DNA of 64,000 nt from Antedon mediterranea (Eukaryota; Animalia; Echinodermata), in assembly GCF_964355755.1 (NCBI RefSeq), contig NC_092675.1, positions 9,977,812 to 10,041,811 of the forward strand, written 5' to 3'. Numbering within the stretch: the stretch's first letter is position 1; every line of letters starts with the position of its first letter. Both the position numbers and the translations under genes were made by a program. Shown here in pieces: positions 55,050 to 64,000 of the stretch. The notes below the pieces were generated by a model. It made no database searches, was not told the DNA's origin, and saw only the letters and a list, made by a program, of their open reading frames with translations.

Positions 55050-55941
55050 CTTAATAAAACAAAAGTTGTCAACTCAATACTCAAATTATTTTCTCATTTG
55101 TACGAAATAATAAAGTCACATTGACAGCAACGTTAAAACGCGTCAGTAAAGCCGCCTTGATTAAATCGTTTCTTTATTTTTTACTGACCACGATAGTGTA
55201 TATTTCCACGTAGTGTCCATATATAAATTTCAGTCAATAACGCCTATAAAGTCGAATCACAGTTTGTTCATAAAGTTTAACAGCTGTCCAACTGCGATGC
55301 TGTAACGTATATTGCGTTAGGACGTCATCAGACACGTGTACGCCTCAGGGGCATGCGTTTTACCTGTTCTGACTTCTCTCCCTATGGATAAAATTAAATG
55401 AAATCATAACATAATACAGTAGGTTGTTTAACGTTAAAGTACTTAGTACTTTGCCCCAGTAGGATCAAGCTAGGATTACGATAAGTTTACATACTGACAA
55501 ACTGAAACAATACTGGATTCGACCTAGACCAGTCAGTGCTCATACAAATTATTAAATTAATGTTGAATTTTTGGTTTACTCCAAATACCTATCAATAATT
55601 TTACTGTATAGTTCATTGATTTTTTTCTGTTATCTTGTTGTGAATATGATTTGAAATGCAATAAGTTCAATAATTTATATTTTGCCATGCAATATTATAA
55701 TTTTACTTATAAGCTCATAGTTTCTAAAACGTCTGTTTCTGATTGGACGTGTTTTATCGCATTTGTGCTTTTCTAGTCCAGAATGGCTTTACATTAAAAG
55801 CTGTATGATCCTGAATAGAGATCAAACCATCATCAAACTGATTAAACAAATTAATATTTCCCAAAAGAGATTTAAAACAGACTTTCTGCTTGTTTTACCG
55901 ATGGTAAACAATTCGTTCCATTTCCATTTATTCATTAAGCG

Positions 55942-56118
55942 ATTAAATAGTCTCCAATACATAGGCCTAACGGTATATTTTTTATTAAATAGTCTCCAAT
56001 ACATAGGCCTAACGGTATATTTTTTAATAAATAGTCTCCAATACATAGGCCTAACGGTATATTTTTTATTAAATAGTCTCCAATACATAGGCCTAACGGT
56101 ATATTTTTTATTAAATAG
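55942..56118. repeat. 42-bp minisatellite, 4 units
   Basis: ATTAAATAGTCTCCAATACATAGGCCTAACGGTATATTTTTT x4, near perfect. Confidence 0.92.
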
Positions 56119-56659
56119 CGTACACAAATTAAATAAAGAGAAAACCTTTTGAAATGACTGAGGGTTTTTTTTTTTTTAATGTTAGTTATAAACTTAAATA
56201 TATATTGTCCCAATACCCCCACCATTCGCTTAAAGTGACTATGCCATTTTAATGCCACATAGGCCTATTAGTTATTCGCTTTGACAAAAAAAATGGATTG
56301 GACACAAAATTATTTAGGTCTACCTAATGTTGTTTTGGTTGTATTTAACCGTTTATTTTGTCTTTTTATAAGTGAAAACATATTTTTTACAGTTTTTTTT
56401 CTCGAAAGTGATTAACTTTAAAACTGCGAATAGCAACATTGTCACATTGGTTCACGCATTAGACACATGCGTAACATAACACACACGTTCACTGTACATT
56501 TGAACTTGGTACCGTACACCTTTGTGGGAACATTGCGTCTTGAAGGTCATTTACGATTATTCTATATTAAAAAGTTTAAAAACGAATATTTAATCTGAAC
56601 GATGAATATAGAAAACAAACAATGACAATAAATGAATTAAAAAAAAAAATAAAAAGGAA

Positions 56660-56749
56660 CATCTCCGGTGGGACTCGAACCCACAACCTTTGAATACCAT
56701 CACATTGCACATTAGAAGTCCAACGCGCTATCCATTGCGCCACGGAGAC
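56660..56749 (-). tRNA. tRNA-Arg(TCT) with 17-nt intron
   Basis: GTCTCCGTGGCGCAATGGATAGCGCGTTGGACTTCTA-[ATGTGCAATGTGATGGT]-ATTCAAAGGTTGTGGGTTCGAGTCCCACCGGAGATG, followed by a T-run terminator. Confidence 0.96.
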
Positions 56750-57600
56750 ATCTGAATGTCATACATATGTTTGTTGTTTCATAGATACTTTTTAACAATT
56801 AATTAATTATTAACGATAATGGAACGTGTATCCTAATCTTACGTATCCGTAAAAAACTCAAAACGGTGTGTTTAAAATACAGAATAGGCCTATAGCAAAT
56901 AAAAACGCGTGATTTGAGAAACCCAGACAAGATAATAATCTTGTTAAAAGTCCACTGTGTCCTTTAATACTGACACAACTGGACACACCAGGGGTAAAAA
57001 GACCCTTCTGATGATGAAAATTAAATTTACGCCAACCCTATTTGAATACTGCGACTTATTCATAGCCTAACTGTACATAATGATGAGTCGTATATGCATA
57101 TAATGTGAAACATTTTGTATCAGATTGAATTATAATTTTACAGTGAGTATTAGTAACAGGTTCCCACGATAAACTTATAAATAAGTCTACTTTTTATTTA
57201 TATTTTCGTGTTTATACATATCGTTTGTCATTCCACCAATTATAAAAAATTGAAATAGGCCCATCTTTATATAAACGCTTATTCTTGAATAATATGTGAT
57301 TTATTTTTTAATTTAAACTACTAGTGCGCACATTAATGTATAATAAAGATAACCCAAGTGTTTGCTTATTATCGCATAATGTGTAGTATTATTATAATCA
57401 TCAAATACACGATAATTGTTTTAATTTTGAGAACTACCGTATCTTAACCTATACCGGTAGGCTACATTGTTACCGTACTTCTTATATCACTCGCAGTCGC
57501 ACGAAATAAAAAAATCATATTTCCTTCAATTATGGCTAAATCAACAAGACAATTTTTCTAAATCCCTGTCAGGTAATTTATGAATAACCATAAAACTTAC

Positions 57601-57715
57601 CTTCTGTTTTGCCTGTAAAAACGTCTAAAATACAGCCGCCTTTTTATTCTGAAGTGACAAGCAGTCCGGTTGGATCCGTCAACGTTAAATTCCCAGGCAA
57701 GTCTGTTGCATTCTA
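57601..57715 (-). other. Putative non-coding first exon of the myozenin-like gene
   Basis: Consensus donor AAG|gtaagt at 57601/57600 on the - strand; in-frame TAG upstream so 5'UTR; 5' boundary approximate. Confidence 0.5.
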
Positions 57716-57742
57716 CCCAGGCCTCAGCTCGATCGCTCGACA

Positions 57743-57773
57743 GATAATTTATTCATCATGGATCCATATTTGG
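57743..57773 (-). promoter_or_regulatory. CArG box (CCATATTTGG, 57764-57773) plus AT-rich TATA-like element
   Basis: Perfect CC(A/T)6GG just upstream of the putative first exon, outside any MITE context. Confidence 0.45.
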
Positions 57774-59984
57774 AGGTGAAGAGGTGACATGTGCCCAGTC
57801 CGTCTCACTGAGAGGTACATTTATTTTCAATGAAAAGACTCATTAATAGCGAATACAATTGTTAGTATATCGGGTACTTAATATTTATAGAATGGTGTTC
57901 TGGTGTGAACCTAGGCCAAAACGAAATTTAAATTCCCAATTTGTGGGAATCGGTATCTAGAGGCTATATGTATCCCTTGTATCCACTTAGTGATGTAGTC
58001 CTATTGTAATGTAAACATAACATTCATTTTCCCGGCCAAATTTTGACCTTTATTTTTTGACATAAAGTGTTCAATTATATACTAGATCACGATGCTACGT
58101 ATAAAAATATAGGAATATTACCGCATAATAATTGAATTAAGCTCGTATTTTAGGTGATTTAGCAAAAAAAAATCTTCGACATAAAACGCTTAATTACCAT
58201 ATAAGACGATGATAACACAATATATGGTTTTATAAGATGATGATTTCAATGTACGCGCAATATACAAATATTAGACCATAAGATGTTTTATTATTAAAAC
58301 AAGAATGATTTAACAATGGTTTGTTAAAATATTTATTTATTGCAGTTCAAAGGCAAACTCAAAATGAACATTCAATTCTAAAAATGATGATTTAAAAAAA
58401 AACTAGGTCTATAGATAATAATTTTGGTGAATTACAATAAAAACTCTTTGTAAAAGCTACAACAGAAAAAGATATTCTTAACGAATTCGATCGGAAATTA
58501 TTTAAAAAAAAGCTTTAATTTAATTAATAGCATTTCAACATGTTTAAATTGACGTATGGTGTTGTATTGTTTACTAGAATAAAATTATCCAGATTCAATA
58601 TTGTTCTCTCCACCGCACTTTCTATAACGATTGTTTTACAATTATTATCATTATGAGTATTATTAAAGTAACCTACATTTTAAATGTTGCCTAATTTAAA
58701 TAATTTTTATTCATTATATTATTTCCAAGAAAAATACAATACCATATCATGATTGTATGTACTGACTACTCTGGCAAACACACGAATACAACTTCCGTCC
58801 TTCAAAGTATCTCATCAAAAAAATACCTTCTTTACATCCAAAATACCATCATCATGTAAAAATAACTTTCTTTCAAAAAATATGACTTAATTTATTAGTG
58901 AAAACTAAGCTGACGGCATTATTCTCAACTAGACTCGTACACACGACCTATATCCACAATGTAATTACGTCATAGAAAGACTAATAAGAGAATATACACA
59001 TAAACAATCATCAAAATACGTAAAATTAGTACATTATATTTCACATAAAAATAACAAATAAGGCTAAAAATAACAAGAAGTGACTGAAGTTGTTCAGAAC
59101 ATAAATAAGCAAGATTAATTGATCACACTCCTGTTTTGACGGTTATCACTATTTTTAATTTCATAGATACCGTGGTTAAAATACATTTCTATTTAGTTTC
59201 ACATTTCAAAATATATTCGCATGATTAGACGCAAAATATATTGAAAACAACATAGGCATATTTGGCCAAACGAATTATTTATTGTTATTTACTCGAAAAC
59301 AAAAGTTATCTAAAGTTTCGCCATCGCATATTAGAACAAAATAATTCTAAATGCCCGATAATGCTAGAACCAAGATAAAACCATCAGCTCCTCATTACAA
59401 TTTTTTTGATTGATTTAGTTCCTTTCAAAAATTATTTCAGAAATGTAGTATAGATACGACTGCTAACAGACATTATAGATACACATTCCTAGTTACCTGA
59501 TTCTGAAATCAAATAAACGCAGGTTCTACGATCTTTTAACACACATATTAGCCTATTATAATTATTTTAATGAAATACCGCAGATGAAATACAACAGAAT
59601 ATTTAAAAATATCTTTGTTAATATTATTATTAAGTTATTGAACGACGATTCGATTTATATCAAGACAGATAGATCAAAGTCACATGGCACATAAAAAGTA
59701 ATTTGTAGGCTTTAGTTATATTGTAGGACTATGGCTAGTAATTTATTCTAATAACACTGCTGAGTATGGGTATAGAACCAAACATCAGCCACATAATAAC
59801 CTAGTTAGGCCTAATATTAACAATTATCTAATACAAAGGTCTTCGTGTTTTTTTTTCTGAGTACACGTGAAGAATCTGTCTCTTTATTTTTTTTTACCGT
59901 TTTGAATGTGTTAATAATAATTCCTTCAACTTACATTATTTCCTAATGAGAATTCTAGACATATATTATATAATATATATAGTA

Positions 59985-61165
59985 TTACAGATCGTCGCTT
60001 TCCACAATAACTGCGGACGTTGGACTGGAGTAGTCCCTTGTAGGTGAGTCGTGTTGGGTGGGAGATCGGAAACCTCTGGGTTTAGAATTAAAATTAGGTA
60101 CCTTGTGTGGAACAGTGGGAAGACCCGCATTTGGCTTGAATTCATTAGTTATCGAAGACTCTGATAAGGGTGGGGAAATTATACCTGGTGTACTGTCTGG
60201 GGACGTCCAAGACCTAGGATTTGGACGAAAGTTAATTCGTGATGAGCCTGGACTAGCATTGACGTCGTTGTGCGTATTTCTGGCGTCAAATTTTGGCTGA
60301 AATCGTGGAGGTAATTCACCATTTGTCGTCGGTTTATCTGTCGATACTTCATCTGCTTTGAATGTCGGCCTTGCAACAGTGTAACCGGACTTCTTCGGCC
60401 TAAAATCTGGCACGATTGTAGACGACTGCATCCAGGAAGCCGGTGGTTTAGGTTTTTCAAATTTCTTAGTGAATTCAATAGGTTTAGTGCTTGTGTTTAA
60501 ATAATCAAACGCGGCGTCCACCCTGCCTTTAGGATCTTGTGAAGCAGCTTCCCAGGGGGTTATTTTTGGTTTACTAACTGGAGCTGTTTTGCCCTGCATA
60601 GCAATAAATTCCAAGGATACATTGAGTGGTTCATCGCGTTCTGATTTCTTGAGCACAACTTGCGGTGCCGTCATCGTCGGCTTCTCAGGCACCACATACT
60701 TTTCAGATCGCTTTCGCCGTTTTTCAAACATTTGAGCACCGCGTCCTGTTTGTGACGTCAAATCCTGCACAAGAATGTTACATCGTTCTGGCGGAAGTAA
60801 GTCGTGTCTACACTTCTCTTTATCCTTCAAGTTGACATTGAAGTCAATAGGTTCTATAATTAATTTACGCACTGGGGGTAATTCGGGAGGGGGTAACGGT
60901 ATAAATCCAGGAGGAAACATTGATACGCCACCTGAAGGGCCTGTGGTTGTCACTTCTTCAAATACCTCTGTTGTGGTGGTCACCGTTTCGTCAGGTCCTT
61001 GTCCAACACTTTCTAATGTCCATTTGGCACTTCTTTTTCGCCGCTTTGCGAACATTCTAGCTCCTTTTGTGTTCTTATTGGTCGGGAATAATAATAGATC
61101 AGAAATCGTTTTGCAGGCTTTACGGACATCTTCCGGATGTACGTCTGCGTCGACGGAGACTTGAG
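59985..61165 (-). CDS. SYNPO2: Synaptopodin-2/myozenin-like gene, last coding exon
   Basis: ttttag acceptor at 61166 extends the 356-aa ORF: 'VRKACKTISDLLLFPTNKNTKGARMFAKRRKRSAKWTL', 'GRGAQMFEKRRKRSEKYVV', 'TPWEAASQDPKGRVDAAF', 'NFNSKPRGF', ending ESDDL*. The symbol is a family label. Confidence 0.88.
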
Positions 61166-61496
61166 CTAAAATATTTGAGTATTGAAAATTTTATTAATAT
61201 TAATAATCTGAATTACCGTCTGTATTATTTTATTAATCAAATATCATTAAAAACCACTCCACATTCACAGTGTAATGACATTAACCATAGGCCTACTGAG
61301 TCCTTAGTGTCGTAATGATCTAAATCGTCATCATAATCATCTCTGCATCAACATCATTAGGCCTACAATCATGATAATCATAATTAAACTCTGTAATCTT
61401 CATCATTCATCCAACATAAACAACAAATAAGTAATGTTGGGTTTCAACAAATAAACAATCATCATCATGAGAGATAATATTGATTGATCAACTAAC

Positions 61497-61778
61497 TTTT
61501 AATTTCCTTAGGATTCACTGGAATTCCTGCTTGTAAATTGCGCAGAATAACACTCGGGTCGTTAATCTTATCGTCTCCGTTTTTCAAACTAGCCGACTCT
61601 GGGAGTGGGGGAGTGGGTGGGGCTGGTGGGATGGGTGAAGTGTTTTCTATGTCATTCTCAGTATCAAGTGTCATTAGAGTTGCATCCCCAGGCGCTGCAA
61701 AGCTGATCTCGATGGTATTAGGCTTGTGAACGATTGGCGTAGTCCATGTGTTAGTTTCCACATTGTTCATTTTGATTT
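61497..61778 (-). CDS. SYNPO2-like gene, internal Pro-rich exon
   Basis: ttttatag|...A|gttagt; 282 nt, phase 1-1; SPIPPAPPTPPLPES. Confidence 0.85.
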
Positions 61779-61984
61779 CTATAAAATAAAATTTCAAAAA
61801 AAGTATAAGCCTAATGTTAAAAGTAGATAATGGTTGTTGGGTTATTTGTTATTTATATGAACTTAAACTCTCTTTTAATTCGTGATTTCTTTAATGTTAA
61901 CAGCATTTTACAATTTTTTTAGACGTGACGTGGTCATAGCCTAATGTACTTAAATAAATATAGGCCTAAGTCATTACAGTAGTA

Positions 61985-62485
61985 CAGGGAGACCGGGGGC
62001 GCTTTGAAACAGGGTCGATAATTTTCGATACGAACAAATTGGCCGAAATCTATTTACCAAGTAGGCCTATCAGCGAATTTCGATTATTAATTCAAGAAAT
62101 ATCCCTATTTATTAATTTTAACACCTGAAAGTAATTATTAGTGACGTCACTTGATTATAAACAACTAGTGTTTACTATTTTTTTTTAGTGTTTCAATGTA
62201 CCCCATGTATATTTTATAACACAATGTCCTGTGTTTTTTCATTATTTTAGTCATTTTAGGACTTAGGCCTAACATTTTGTATTATTAATTATATTTTATC
62301 AGTATTGTTAGATCCATATTATTTGATGATTTGCTAGCATTATTATAGTTTATATGTTTAAGCATATATACTGATTGCCGTTTCAATGCACCCCGGGATA
62401 TTTTGGAAGTTTCAAGACAATTTTTTTCAGAATTATTATCAAAAACACAAAATTTGTTTCAAAGCGCCTAGCCTCTGTCTCCCCT
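61985..62485. mobile_element. Tc1/pogo-like MITE
   Basis: TA-CAGGGAGACCGGGGGCGCTTTGAAACA ... TGTTTCAAAGCGCC..TGTCTCCCCT; internal TTTCAATG(T/C)ACCCC repeats. Confidence 0.65.
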
Positions 62486-62885
62486 AATAGCAATCTCATT
62501 TTATTGAGAAACTTCATTCTCCCCAAGCCCTATTCCACAACCCACCAAAAATAAACAAAGAAAAAAAAACAACAGGCAAGTATTGAGAACAATGAGGATC
62601 AACCATGGACCTATGGATCAACCTTTGTACTAATGATTGATAGTAGGCATACTGTATAACTCATTCTAAATTATCTCCAGATTACAGAGGGCGTCCTTTA
62701 ACCAATTATATTTGTGCACCACTTTATTGATTACAAACTTCTAATCACATTACGAATTAATATTTTAGTAAAACTGCAATGAATTTATTTGGAAAATTTT
62801 AAAAATGAAGCAGCAACAGTCAAAAAAACAATATAAGAGTCCATCAAAAGAACTAGTTTGTTTAATGCTATTCACAAATCAGTTC

Positions 62886-62974
62886 GTCTCCGTGGCGCAA
62901 TGGATAGCGCGTTGGACTTCTAATGTTTAACAGCTGGCATTCAAAGGTTGCGGGTTCGAATCCCGCCGGAGATG
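62886..62974 (+). tRNA. tRNA-Arg(TCT) with 16-nt intron
   Basis: Same exons, intron ATGTTTAACAGCTGGC, T-stem GCGGG/CCCGC, long poly-T terminator. Confidence 0.96.
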
Positions 62975-63494
62975 TTCTTTTTTTTTTTTTTTTTTTTTTT
63001 AAACTCTATTTTTTAAAACTTTAGATTAAATAACAACTACTTTATGTTTTACAAATTTTGTTTTCTATTTATATTTTTCGTTTTGAGTTTTTTTTTTTGG
63101 TACATAAAAAATTATTTCCGTCACAAGAAACATGCAATAAAAAAGAGGGCGCTATTTATATTCAATCCCGAGCCATAATATCCATGGCTCTGATTCGATC
63201 ATCTTCCTTCAGTCACCAGGATAATAAATCAAAGTTGAGCATTAAAAAAAAACCAACATTATACCGGTATTCTATATTAAACTTTAAGCTGTGTGACATA
63301 AAAATGTAAAGTGTAACAATGACGAAGTCGATGAAATTATTCATACATAAATACAGTGTGTATTGTTGATGTAAAGACACAGATACAGTATATTAATAAC
63401 ACAACAGGCCTATTTTATAATTTGTTTTATGCGAAATAACGGTAAAAGAAATAGAATAGGAAAACGAACGTCTAAAACAACATTATTATTTTAC

Positions 63495-63845
63495 CTTTTA
63501 AAACTGTATTTTCATTGGATATAGGTGGCGTCCACGTCCTTGCGACAGGTGCCGATACAGGTGTAGTAGTAGCCGCTGGCGACCAGACTTGATTAACTAC
63601 CCCATTTTGTAGATTGTTTGTTACAGTAAACTGTTTTTTGGGAGAAAGATGTATTCCAACGTCTGGACAGTCATCGTTAGTCCGGCGAACGCGTGACGTG
63701 GTTGTAGTGGTAGTTTTCTTGTAACTAGTCATCACTTGGGGCTGGTCGGCATCGCTTGATTGCTGTTTGTGTGGGGTTGCTGACCAGAGTGGTGCTTTTA
63801 TCCCCGGGACTATTGTAGAAGGTTGGAAACGTATACTATGGAATC
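63495..63845 (-). CDS. SYNPO2-like gene, internal exon (gene continues beyond window)
   Basis: Pyrimidine tract + atacag acceptor; G|gtaaaa donor; 351 nt, phase 1-1; FHSIRFQP...VWSPAA...TWTPP. Confidence 0.82.
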
Positions 63846-64000
63846 CTGTATTGGAGTGACAGCCAGAAAAAGAGAAAGAGAGAAAACCGTCACGATCTCA
63901 GTTAAATTAAATTGCCATGCTGAGTTGTTACAATAATCGTTTATTTTTCCACAAACAACAGCAAACCCTCTCTTCATCATCCACCCACACCCTCGACATT

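Noticed and set aside
55763-56258. Overlapping ORFs with 14-aa repeats
   Set aside because: By-products of the stop-free 42-bp minisatellite

Overview
AT-rich eukaryotic genomic DNA from an invertebrate animal; a marine deuterostome or echinoderm is an inference only. About 0.1-51 kb is a + strand, multi-exon SORBS/CAP-family adaptor gene (SoHo domain plus three SH3 domains, 5' end outside the window). It has several cassette exons, including a ~3.1 kb giant exon and a probable 33-nt microexon. Convergent with it on the - strand are two tandem calsarcin/synaptopodin-family genes. One is a multi-exon SYNPO2-like gene (5' end outside the window) ending in the myozenin-type PDZ ligand ESDDL. The other is a myozenin-like gene with a single coding exon ending in SEDL and a candidate CArG-box promoter. 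Each of these two genes has an intron-containing tRNA-Arg(TCT) in an intron. Introns carry many non-autonomous DNA transposons (Harbinger-like, piggyBac-like, Tc1/pogo-like, Helentron-like), SINE fragments and minisatellites. The most notable observation is a compact SORBS-MYOZ-SYNPO Z-disc gene cluster in an invertebrate. Exon structures were deduced by eye from splice signals, reading-frame phase and remembered family motifs; no searches were run.
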